Shown: piece after piece, positions 9,482 through 17,068 of the stretch
Position numbering within the stretch: the stretch's first letter is position 1
How the letters are laid out: each line of letters opens with the position of its first letter
IMG/VR virus record: IMGVR_UViG_3300034109_000079
Location: 1-37,263 of that record
Strand: one strand, 5' to 3'
Length of the DNA: 37,263 nucleotides
Origin: a virus
Taxonomy: Duplodnaviria; Caudoviricetes
Translations under genes and position numbers: made by a program
The notes under the pieces: generated by a model
Databases searched by the model: none
The model's input: only the letters and a program-made list of their open reading frames with translations
What the model was told of the DNA's origin: nothing

Positions 9482-9927
9482 GCAAACATTTGCCTGTTTT
9501 CTTTATAGGAACCTGTGTTCTTCTGGTCTACCCAGTCATCCCCAACAAACTTTGGCTCAACCCCGTTTAGCCATTTCTGAATAGAAATAAAGCAACCACC
9601 TCTATCCCCAAACTTGCCGCCATGCCAACTATTTGGATAAACCCTGATTGAGTCACCGATCATGTTCTGACCAAACCATTGACCATTGCACATAAAATCA
9701 ATATCGCCACCTACGTACACCTCAAATGAGTCTACATTCGGGTGTATGTGCGGCTCTATTTCTGAATTTGGCTTGACCAGAAACATCTCAACTTGGTAAC
9801 AGCCTTGTCTGTACAAGACTACACCATGTGTTTCTGCTACATACGTTAATGATCTTATATCTGGCGTGTTTAATGGTCTATTGACTAGCCACCAGTCTTT
9901 AAACTGCTCTAAGTCATCGAACTGCAT
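9478..9927 (-). CDS. Cupin-domain protein
   Basis: PHIHPNVDSFE...WHGG metal-binding cupin motif; ATGA overlap with terL. Confidence 0.72.
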   Translation of the reverse strand: MQFDDLEQFKDWWLVNRPLNTPDIRSLTYVAETHGVVLYRQGCYQVEMFLVKPNSEIEPHIHPNVDSFEVYVGGDIDFMCNGQWFGQNMIGDSIRVYPNSWHGGKFGDRGGCFISIQKWLNGVEPKFVGDDWVDQKNTGSYKENRQMFA

Positions 9928-9997
9928 ACTTCTGATACCCGCAGTTTAGACACTTGCTATTGACCAGAAATGCGCTGCACATAGGGCAGTTACTCAT
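9914..9997 (-). CDS. 27-aa zinc-ribbon microprotein (not in ORF track)
   Basis: MSNCPMCSAFLVNSKCLNCGYQKYAVR, two CxxC; ATG overlaps the terS stop and the ORF fills the gap to the cupin gene. Confidence 0.55.
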   Translation of the reverse strand: MSNCPMCSAFLVNSKCLNCGYQKYAVR

Positions 9998-10337
9998 CTT
10001 TCGGTACTTCATGCCTACCTCCCCATTTAATGACCATCTCTTGTGCGCCACCGTTAGCCCCTGTGACTTCCTGCTTCTGCGTCTCAGCCCATCTCATTTG
10101 AGCCTTAGTCCACCAGATCAACGCAGTCGTATCTCCACCCTGAGCCTTGCTAAACAGCGTCTTGGCTATCTGTGCGCTGGCTTTAGCCTTGCCTAAGTCT
10201 AACTCTTTCCGATAGTGCAACCGTAAGGTCTTGTCATCTATCCCTACTAGCGCACCTATCTGCTCATGAGGCAAGCCTAGACCTGCTGATGTCTCAACAA
10301 GTTTCCTCTGCTCATCACTCGGTTCATGCTTTAACAT
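9990..10337 (-). CDS. terS: Terminase small subunit (HTH type)
   Basis: HEQIGALVGIDDKTLRLHY HTH, GDTTALIWWTK, EVTGANGG C-terminus; upstream of terL. Confidence 0.8.
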   Translation of the reverse strand: MLKHEPSDEQRKLVETSAGLGLPHEQIGALVGIDDKTLRLHYRKELDLGKAKASAQIAKTLFSKAQGGDTTALIWWTKAQMRWAETQKQEVTGANGGAQEMVIKWGGRHEVPKDE

Positions 10338-10362
10338 AATATTCTTTTGTTAAGGGGAAATG

Positions 10363-11547
10363 TTACGTTTCTGTCAACAATACAGCTTTCTTACCTGTGA
10401 AATCTTCCCATCGCTTTACTATTACATCACAGTATTTAGGGTCTAGTTCCATTAGTCTTGCATATCTGCCATTTTTTTCAGCCGCAATCATGGATGTGCC
10501 AGATCCACCAAAGCTATCCAGCACTATATCGCCGCCCTTTGTATTATTCATCAGGCAATACTCAAACAACTCAACAGGTTTCATCGTTGGGTGTTCGCCG
10601 TTTTTTCTCGGTTTATTAAATTGCAGAATGGTTGTCTGCTTTCTATCTGAAGCCCATAAATGTCCTGAACCATCCTTCCAGCCATAAAGACAAGGCTCAT
10701 GTTTCCAATGATAATCTTGCCGCCCCATAACAAGGCTTGATTTTTCCCAAATTAAACATTGTCGAACCGTCCATCCAGCATCTTTAGCGGCACCACGGAA
10801 GTTATACCCCTCCAGATCAGCGTGCCAAATGTAAAAAACAGCTCCGGCTTTCATCACAGCGTCCGCAGTCACGTACGAATCGCGTAAAAATTGCCGAAAT
10901 TGACTGTCCTCCATGTTGTCGTTTTTTATCGTTAATCCGGTACTTCCCTCATAAGCTACGTTATAAGGCGGGTCGGTCAGCCACATATCCACCAACTGCC
11001 CGGCGCACAACTTCTCCATATCGGTAATGCTGCACGAATCCCCACACATTAACCGATGATTGCCAAGTTGATAAATATCACCTAGCTTTGTCTTAGGCTC
11101 TACCGGAGTTTCAGGTACGGCATCCTCGTCCGTTAATCCTTCCACCTGCTCAGGCTCCAACAGCTTATCTAGCTCTTTAGGGTCGAATCCAAGTACGTCC
11201 ATCTCGAACCCTTGTTCCTTTAGGTCGGCTAGTTCCAACGATAACAAGGTCGTATCCCAACCTGCGTTCATGGCTAGTTGATTGTCGGCAATAACGTAAG
11301 CCCGTTTCTGGCTCTCCGTCATGTGCTTTAGCTCGATAACCGGGACTTCCTTCTGGCCTAGCTTTCGTGCAGCCAATAACCGCCCATGACCAGCTATAAC
11401 GCCACTTTCCCCGTCCACAAGGATAGGGTTAGTCCAGCCGAATTCTTTGATACTTGCCGCGATCTGGGCTACTTGACCGTCAGAATGTGTCCTACTGTTC
11501 CTGACGTAAGGGATGAGTTTCTCTACTGATACTGTTTTTATCTGCAC
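10363..11547 (-). CDS. ParB/Srx N-terminal domain fused to an N4/N6 DNA methyltransferase
   Basis: LIPYVRNSRTH...IAGHGRLLAA (ParB-like), TDPPY catalytic motif, HPTMKPVEL, LDSFGGSGTS SAM-binding motif. Confidence 0.93.
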   Translation of the reverse strand: MQIKTVSVEKLIPYVRNSRTHSDGQVAQIAASIKEFGWTNPILVDGESGVIAGHGRLLAARKLGQKEVPVIELKHMTESQKRAYVIADNQLAMNAGWDTTLLSLELADLKEQGFEMDVLGFDPKELDKLLEPEQVEGLTDEDAVPETPVEPKTKLGDIYQLGNHRLMCGDSCSITDMEKLCAGQLVDMWLTDPPYNVAYEGSTGLTIKNDNMEDSQFRQFLRDSYVTADAVMKAGAVFYIWHADLEGYNFRGAAKDAGWTVRQCLIWEKSSLVMGRQDYHWKHEPCLYGWKDGSGHLWASDRKQTTILQFNKPRKNGEHPTMKPVELFEYCLMNNTKGGDIVLDSFGGSGTSMIAAEKNGRYARLMELDPKYCDVIVKRWEDFTGKKAVLLTET

Positions 11548-11573
11548 TTTGCATTACCTTTCCGGTGTCATGC

Positions 11574-12989
11574 TTACTTTAGTAAACCTTGCATTGGCTC
11601 GTTGTTTCTCTCAAGCATTTTAACGATAGACGGATCAAATACGACAAAGTTCCTTGTTTTTTTATCGCCTATCCTGCTTTGCTCATCAAAGTATTTAATG
11701 CCCTTGATGTTAATAGAGTTCAATTCTTCAGACGCTTCTCTTGCCCCGTAATTTGCCGTATTTGAAAAAGCATCACTTTTTTTACCTCCAGAGAAATATT
11801 GCTGCAATCTGTTATAAATTAAGCTACCTGTCGGTGGGTTCCCCCCAACGTCTTTAGCTAGAATTTTATTTTTAACCTCTGGGTGAAGTGAATTCAATGC
11901 AGATTTGATATTACTGCTTTGCTGGTCAAATGGCTTATCCCAATCAAGGAATGTTTCTATTGCCTCATCAGGAATATCTACCTTGTAAAACGATCCGGGG
12001 AACTTTGTCTTTGGCGCAACATCTGTCTCCAGCCACTTAATTACAGAAGGATCAGCACCTATGTCTTTTGCATAACTGATAACTTCTGCTGGTGGAGTAT
12101 CTAGCATCATCTTTTCCAGCATTTCTGCCTTTTGATACTCTACAGCAGCCTTCTCAGTCGGTAAACGATTTGCCTTGTTATAGATTTGCTCATAAACCTG
12201 CTCAATAGGCTTACCGTTAATCGTCGTAAACTCCCCGGCTTTCTGACCTAATGCCATTTGATAACCACGCGCAACACCCGGAGCCTCAGCAAAGTAAATA
12301 CCATGACCGTAGGCTTGCGCTCCTTCTCCAGTTCCTACTTTAGAAATGTCGAAGTTTTCAAAAGTATAAGGACTGCCATGATATGCCGTTAGTGGGTTGA
12401 GTAAGCCTGTGCGTATTGCATATTCCTCAGCCATTCTTCCGACTTCTGGAGCAGCATATTTACCAGCAGCTACCATTCCTTTAGCTGCACCCTTACCAGC
12501 AACTAAGCCAGTAGCACCCAATCCAGCAACATCCAGCACATCTAGCGGCTGTGGAGCCTTGCCAGCACCAATGTCTGAATATGCCCTCTCAGCACCACTA
12601 ATGCCCAAAACATCAGCAGGTTTAATCGCACCTAGCACCTGACCTAGATTCATATCTTGAGTCTGCAACCCACCGGGGATTACACCACCCATAGGGTCTT
12701 GCTTAGGAGCAAAATTATATCCTGTCGGAATCGTTACCTTAGTCTGAGGCTTGTATCCCGGAAACAGTTTCGCTAAATCAGCAGCCGTACCAGCACGATT
12801 CACATACTCTTTGGCAATACCAGCACCACCAGCAATCTTCTGGAATACGTTTTCAGGTAGCGGACTTACTGTCGTACCGCTAGCCAATGCCTCCTGAGCA
12901 ATCTGCTGAGGATTCTTAATCCGCATCTGCTCCATAAAGAGCATATTCTGGAGTTCTTCTTGTGTCGGTAGCTTTCGAAACTCAGCCAT
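11574..12989 (-). CDS. ADP-ribosyltransferase-like (ART-PolyVal-type) domain protein
   Basis: YHGSPYTFENFD...GTGEGAQAYGHGIYFAE...A..Y, then YKVDIPD and IKGIKYFD...RNFVVFDP. Confidence 0.7.
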   Translation of the reverse strand: MAEFRKLPTQEELQNMLFMEQMRIKNPQQIAQEALASGTTVSPLPENVFQKIAGGAGIAKEYVNRAGTAADLAKLFPGYKPQTKVTIPTGYNFAPKQDPMGGVIPGGLQTQDMNLGQVLGAIKPADVLGISGAERAYSDIGAGKAPQPLDVLDVAGLGATGLVAGKGAAKGMVAAGKYAAPEVGRMAEEYAIRTGLLNPLTAYHGSPYTFENFDISKVGTGEGAQAYGHGIYFAEAPGVARGYQMALGQKAGEFTTINGKPIEQVYEQIYNKANRLPTEKAAVEYQKAEMLEKMMLDTPPAEVISYAKDIGADPSVIKWLETDVAPKTKFPGSFYKVDIPDEAIETFLDWDKPFDQQSSNIKSALNSLHPEVKNKILAKDVGGNPPTGSLIYNRLQQYFSGGKKSDAFSNTANYGAREASEELNSINIKGIKYFDEQSRIGDKKTRNFVVFDPSIVKMLERNNEPMQGLLK

Positions 12990-13689
12990 ATATAGCCTCG
13001 TACATATCAGGACGGTTCTCTTTTATCCACGCCCTAGGTTCCTCATGGCATTTCTTAAAATCCATCCCTACTGTCTGTGATCCAGCATGGTGAACATACG
13101 CCCTGCTTACGAAATGCCTAAATCCCGCTTCTTGCAGGTCATGGCAAATTATATTATCTGAATACCAATTCGTGCTAGGAAACTTTGCTACGCTCCATGC
13201 CTCTCTCGTTATGGTGGCAAATATAGGTGCTATTACCCCTGTCAGCTTTATCTGAGCCTCGCTCTGCCACCTAACCCCATCCTTTTGATCCCCATCAACA
13301 GGAAACCGAATGTTCTGATCTGGCAATACATAATCTGATCTTGCTCCGAGGAAACCTACCTTGTAGTCAGAATCCTCCAGAATCCTCTTATCTGCATCCA
13401 ATAACTCGATTGTTTGCGGATTCAGAACAACGTCATCGTTAGCCACAATCAATGAATCGACTGCGATCCTTCCAAAAACGTCGCTGATGGCTTCATTATA
13501 TGAGTCTCCAAAATTTCGACCAGTATTGGGTCTGACGATAACATTGGGAAGGATTCGCTTGAATCTCTCTCCTCTGGCAACGTCAATACTATAAATGTAA
13601 ACCGGGATGGTAGGTGCATATACCTTGATGCTCTCTAGCAATACCGAGATGCCCGGATTGCTTACATGACATATGACTATGGCTTGCAT
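12982..13689 (-). CDS. GT2-like glycosyltransferase
   Basis: NFGDSYN, VANDDVVL (DxD-like), WYSDN, YVHHAGSQT. Confidence 0.8.
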   Translation of the reverse strand: MQAIVICHVSNPGISVLLESIKVYAPTIPVYIYSIDVARGERFKRILPNVIVRPNTGRNFGDSYNEAISDVFGRIAVDSLIVANDDVVLNPQTIELLDADKRILEDSDYKVGFLGARSDYVLPDQNIRFPVDGDQKDGVRWQSEAQIKLTGVIAPIFATITREAWSVAKFPSTNWYSDNIICHDLQEAGFRHFVSRAYVHHAGSQTVGMDFKKCHEEPRAWIKENRPDMYEAIYG

Positions 13690-14204
13690 AAAACGACTTT
13701 CATACTGTCCACAGCCCTCGGAGTCCTAATTACTTCATCATCTGGTTGTCTAGTTATTAACTTCTGACCTAGTTCTGACAGGTCAAACGCTAATTCCTTG
13801 AGCTTAAATCCTTTTTCCCAACCTAGATACCAAGCCCATTCTGTGTAGTACAACCAGCTATTCTCGTTAAACGCTCGTACATGGGTAGGGTCTTGCCATG
13901 CCCCTAGACTCAAGTCATAAGGCACAACGATATGAAACTCACCACCAGACTTCAGTAAGTCATAGCAGTTTTTCATAGCGGAAACTAAGTCAGGGATATG
14001 CTCTAGGACATCATTGGCTATGATTTTCTCGAACATTTCAGGCTCTATCGTCATTGAACCCCATCGGGTATTGACCGTAGCTCCGAAATGCACCTTGGAA
14101 ATATCTATCCACCAGTCCGGGTTAGTCCTCTGCTGAATATCGGCATTGACGCAATCCTCTCGCCAATCCTTACCAGAGCCTAAATTAAGCGTTACAGGCT
14201 GCAA
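13677..14204 (-). CDS. Class I SAM-dependent methyltransferase (type 11-like)
   Basis: LNLGSG motif I, VNADI, DVLEHI, LKSGGEFHIVVP, AWQDPTH. Confidence 0.88.
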   Translation of the reverse strand: MQPVTLNLGSGKDWREDCVNADIQQRTNPDWWIDISKVHFGATVNTRWGSMTIEPEMFEKIIANDVLEHIPDLVSAMKNCYDLLKSGGEFHIVVPYDLSLGAWQDPTHVRAFNENSWLYYTEWAWYLGWEKGFKLKELAFDLSELGQKLITRQPDDEVIRTPRAVDSMKVVLCKP

Positions 14205-14694
14205 TTAGCTCCTCCACCTTGTCTGAACACAGCAACGGAATTAAATCGCGTATACGCTCGTCTGGTAGCTCCCACCAAGGTTTCTTTAGTATTCTTTCTA
14301 TCTGGCTCAACGTAAACCGGAGCCTGATAACCTTAGCTGGATTCCCACCGACTATCGCGTAAGGAGGAACGTCTTTCGTTACGACGGATTTCGCAGCAAC
14401 AACAGCACCATCGCCTATCGTTACCCCTGACATAATCGTGCAGCCCGATCCTAGCCAGACATCGTTCCCGATAACAACATCGCCCTTAGTAGCTGGATGT
14501 CCTTCGCCATGATGCGGAAATTCTTCTTCATGGATATGCCCGAAAGGGTAGGTCGTTATCCAGTCTACCCTGTGGTTTCCACCGATAAATATCTCGACGT
14601 TATCGCCAATCGAGCAGAATGACCCGATCCTTACGTCTGCACCCTCGCCCCAATCTCGGAGACGGATGTTTTCCAGACCATAGGTGTACCGCAT
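14185..14694 (-). CDS. Hexapeptide-repeat O-acetyltransferase (XAT/CatB-related fold)
   Basis: IGSFCSIG, GNHRVDWITTYPF, IGNDVWLG, GVTIGDGAVVAAKSVVTKDVPPYAIVGGNPAKVI. Confidence 0.93.
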   Translation of the reverse strand: MRYTYGLENIRLRDWGEGADVRIGSFCSIGDNVEIFIGGNHRVDWITTYPFGHIHEEEFPHHGEGHPATKGDVVIGNDVWLGSGCTIMSGVTIGDGAVVAAKSVVTKDVPPYAIVGGNPAKVIRLRFTLSQIERILKKPWWELPDERIRDLIPLLCSDKVEELIAACNA

Positions 14695-14999
14695 TACTTA
14701 TTCTTGTTTCTCGCGGATATTGCTTTAGCCTTTGCCTTAGCATCAGCCTTAGAACTAGCTCCCCATGCCTTTAAGCTCAGGAGTAACCGAGTAGGCTCAC
14801 CGTTAGGCTTACGCTCTGCTCCCGGCATATTGCCCATTCTTGCTAAAAAGCTAGCGCGTCTCGGATTGTCACCAGCTTTGACTGGAGCCTTTAGGTCAGA
14901 ACCGGGATTAGCAGCTTCGTAAGACTTGCGACCTTTTTCGTTAAGACCGCCCTTCTTGTTCTTACCCTCAGAACGCTGCCAAGCCTCAGTCTTTGCCAT
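14694..14999 (-). CDS. Basic phage protein (DUF6321-like), 101 aa
   Basis: MAKTEAWQRSEGKNKKGGLNEKGRKSY...RRASFLARM; likely start ATG 14999 rather than the track start 15038. Confidence 0.75.
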   Translation of the reverse strand: MAKTEAWQRSEGKNKKGGLNEKGRKSYEAANPGSDLKAPVKAGDNPRRASFLARMGNMPGAERKPNGEPTRLLLSLKAWGASSKADAKAKAKAISARNKNK

Positions 15000-15138
15000 T
15001 TTTACCCTTCTTTTTGCCCATAGGGATTTTGATTTCAATCTCTATCTCATTAACACCGTTCTTTTTCTTCTCTTTCTCGTCCTCAAGATACTGCTTTAGC
15101 AATTCCTTGTCGGACATCTTCTTTCCGTTCTTCATCAT
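14986..15138 (-). CDS. 50-aa Lys/Glu-rich protein (not in ORF track)
   Basis: MMKNGKKMSDKELLKQYLEDEKEKKKNGVNEIEIEIKIPMGKKKGKNGKD; ATGA-coupled to the upstream gene; AAGGGG RBS. Confidence 0.7.
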   Translation of the reverse strand: MMKNGKKMSDKELLKQYLEDEKEKKKNGVNEIEIEIKIPMGKKKGKNGKD

Positions 15139-15287
15139 TTCTTGTTCCCCTTAGCAGTCTTAGCGGATTGTTTGAAGGCTTTAGCAGTAGGCGCACCCTC
15201 TGACCCCGGCTTACGCATCTTTTCCTTGCTACCAGCTTCTATACGCTTACGTTTAGCGTGAATGTTGGCATAAAGTCCGGGCTTCAT
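15135..15287 (-). CDS. 50-aa basic protein (not in ORF track)
   Basis: MKPGLYANIHAKRKRIEAGSKEKMRKPGSEGAPTAKAFKQSAKTAKGNKK; ATGA overlaps at both ends; resembles a small protein common in aquatic phages. Confidence 0.8.
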   Translation of the reverse strand: MKPGLYANIHAKRKRIEAGSKEKMRKPGSEGAPTAKAFKQSAKTAKGNKK

Positions 15288-15448
15288 TTCTTGCCCTTCT
15301 TAGCCATTCCAGCCTCGCTTAGAGCAATGGCAATCGCTTGTTTAGGGTTCTTAACGACCTTGCCACCCTTACCGCTATGGAGAGTGCCTTCTTTGTACTC
15401 ACCCATAACCTTACCGACCTTCTTTTGCGCCTTAGACATCTTTTTCAT
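15284..15448 (-). CDS. 54-aa basic protein (DUF6496-like; not in ORF track)
   Basis: MKKMSKAQKKVGKVMGEYKEGTLHSGKGGKVVKNPKQAIAIALSEAGMAKKGKK; GGAG RBS. Confidence 0.8.
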   Translation of the reverse strand: MKKMSKAQKKVGKVMGEYKEGTLHSGKGGKVVKNPKQAIAIALSEAGMAKKGKK

Positions 15449-15725
15449 TTAGCAACTCCGCTAGCTCATCCTGAAGCTCTGCCTCAGTCACACCATATCG
15501 ACGCTCAAAAGCCTTACGACCAAGACCGTGATACCCCGTATTGCCACGATGATGCTCCGGACATAGCGGTATTACGTTGTCGTGAGAGTTCCGAACTCCC
15601 ATTCCTAGCCCCATCCCTCGAACATGGTGAATCTCTGCTGGAGTGCCGGAATACCCATTTTTATAACAGATAATGCACCCAAAGTCAGCCACTTTAGCTA
15701 GGTATTTGCTCTCGCTTTTTTTCAT
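15432..15725 (-). CDS. Ref-family (RecA-dependent) HNH nuclease
   Basis: GCIIC...PAEIHH...GMG...VIPLCPEHHRG..GYHG...FERRYG. Confidence 0.8.
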   Translation of the reverse strand: MKKSESKYLAKVADFGCIICYKNGYSGTPAEIHHVRGMGLGMGVRNSHDNVIPLCPEHHRGNTGYHGLGRKAFERRYGVTEAELQDELAELLNEKDV

Positions 15726-15903
15726 CGATTCGCTCGGCTCTCTCTACCGTGTAGTCAGCCATATTATCCACCTCACCACACTCAGGACACTCGGTTAGGT
15801 AATCCTCAGACCACGGACATCTGCCCTTTGGAATCTCATCCCAATAGTCTACAAACCCACAGGAACAGCATTGTGCCAAGTTGGAATCATCTATCTCGTT
15901 CAT
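15694..15903 (-). CDS. Small zinc-finger protein
   Basis: CSCG...CPECG; GGAGG RBS. Confidence 0.7.
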   Translation of the reverse strand: MNEIDDSNLAQCCSCGFVDYWDEIPKGRCPWSEDYLTECPECGEVDNMADYTVERAERIDEKKREQIPS

Positions 15904-15911
15904 ATTTCCTC

Positions 15912-16241
15912 CTATTGAGTAATCCGGTCTAAACCACGATTAGAAGCCTCCTGCGACCGCCAGACATCGATCCTAGCCTGTGCTGCTACCAGCATCCATC
16001 TCAGCCTCTCAGCCTCCTCTACAGCCGCCTTAAGACCTTCTAATAGCTCTAAATACTCTGGATGGCTATAGGCGTAGGATTCTTTGTCAGCAATCGTATT
16101 CCCCATAGCACTAGCGAAAAGAATAGCCTTCTTAGACTTCCTATACTGCTCTAGGTAAGTCACCTCAGCCTTAGCTTGTGCGTAGGCTTTGGCGTTCTTA
16201 ATCATGTAATCGATGCTTTTATGTGGGTCTATCGTTTCCAT
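15912..16241 (-). CDS. Helical phage protein (possibly UvsY-like)
   Basis: METIDPHK...ESYAYSHPEY...IDVWRSQEASNR; start probably 16241 rather than 16298. Confidence 0.65.
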   Translation of the reverse strand: METIDPHKSIDYMIKNAKAYAQAKAEVTYLEQYRKSKKAILFASAMGNTIADKESYAYSHPEYLELLEGLKAAVEEAERLRWMLVAAQARIDVWRSQEASNRGLDRITQ

Positions 16242-16261
16242 ATTGAAATCATATTCCTTTA

Positions 16262-16512
16262 GACAATAGGATAGGGCGAGGGGTTGATCTTTAACCACCT
16301 TCTAGCATCCTGAAGGATACTATTCGCTCTCGCGGCTACATTCTTCTTCCAAGGCGACTGTATCGTAGCCCACCCGTTTATCAACCGTTCTGCCCTGTTT
16401 GTGCAAGTACCTGTAGCTAGTCTGCTGCGCCGCCCTATCAATATAGCGCATCCGGTTTTCTTGATAGCAACCCCGAACATGGGTTCATTACTAACGCGAT
16501 CAGTACGACCTA
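16262..16512 (-). ncRNA. Candidate structured non-coding RNA (about 250 nt)
   Basis: Gap with no credible gene. Contains TAGTATCC-TTCA-GGATGCTA, CGC-GAGA-GCG, GGCTAC/GTAGCC and long-range GATAGGGCG/CGCCCTATC pairings. Confidence 0.5.
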
Positions 16513-16515
16513 AAT

Positions 16516-16618
16516 AAAAAAGCCCTCTAGGTTTGGCTCTCCGTGTGCGGGCACGTTTCCTTTCGGAATGAGAACCAAAGCTAAAGGGCTTCAGTAATTG
16601 TCTATGCCCGCACATAGA
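16516..16618 (-). ncRNA. c4-like three-way-junction RNA with complementary upstream hairpin loop and U-tract (copy A)
   Basis: 22-bp stem (19 WC, 2 GU, 1 mismatch) enclosing TTCC-GAAA-GGAA and CGTG-CCCGCA-CACG; upstream TCTATG-TGCGGG-CATAGA; T6 at the 3' end. Confidence 0.7.
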
Positions 16619-16662
16619 TGTCCAAAGTATAGCGTAAATTTACAGGTATGTACTCTGTTTTC

Positions 16663-16812
16663 TTAAATTCTAAATTCATTTGCTTTAAGGAAAGCTATGT
16701 CTTCAGGTAATGCCATGCAAACTGCCATCATGTGCTTATCAAGGTATTTCTGGAGTTTGTCGCGGTTAGCATCAGTAGGTGCGTTACGGAAAGTTTCAAG
16801 TAGCTTTTTCAT
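16663..16812 (-). CDS. 49-aa hypothetical protein (not in ORF track)
   Basis: MKKLLETFRNAPTDANRDKLQKYLDKHMMAVCMALPEDIAFLKANEFRI; TAGGAG RBS. Confidence 0.72.
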   Translation of the reverse strand: MKKLLETFRNAPTDANRDKLQKYLDKHMMAVCMALPEDIAFLKANEFRI

Positions 16813-16824
16813 CTCATCTCCTAG

Positions 16825-16998
16825 TTAAATATTTTGCAAGATAGGTTCAGATATTTGTACTAAATGCCACGCATCTAAATTATTCATTTCATCCCAAATA
16901 CGCTCTACGTCTTTGACGCGAACATCAAACATTATTGCTATTTGAGAAAAAGTGTACTCGCCAGAAGTAATGGCATTAGCAATTTGTAATGTATTCAT
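16825..16998 (-). CDS. 57-aa protein, possible HTH (not in ORF track)
   Basis: MNTLQIANAITSGEYTFSQIAIMFDVRVKDVERIWDEM...; TAGGAG RBS. Confidence 0.7.
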   Translation of the reverse strand: MNTLQIANAITSGEYTFSQIAIMFDVRVKDVERIWDEMNNLDAWHLVQISEPILQNI

Positions 16999-17039
16999 GG
17001 TCAGCTCCTAATTAATTAATATCGTGCTGCTAGGACTCC

Positions 17040-17068
17040 AGTATCTTAAAAACAGTTCCAGATCGCAA
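17040..17068 (-). promoter_or_regulatory. Sigma70-like promoter
   Basis: TTGCGA-17 nt-GATACT upstream of the two small ORFs. Confidence 0.55.

Noticed and set aside
11150-11547. ParB plasmid-partition system
   Set aside because: The ParB-like domain is the common N-terminal fusion of terminase-adjacent methylases; there is no ParA and no parS array.
14185-14694. CatB/Vat-like antibiotic resistance gene
   Set aside because: The hexapeptide XAT fold is shared with sugar O-acetyltransferases, and the gene heads an overlapping methyltransferase-glycosyltransferase run. Nothing supports resistance.
225-15673. Plus-strand ORFs listed opposite the structural and packaging genes
   Set aside because: They are antisense shadows of well-supported minus-strand genes and lack RBSs and motifs.
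16259-16615. 118-aa ORF in the track
   Set aside because: No RBS, no recognisable protein features, and it runs through a terminator-like stem and other helices; better explained as non-coding RNA.
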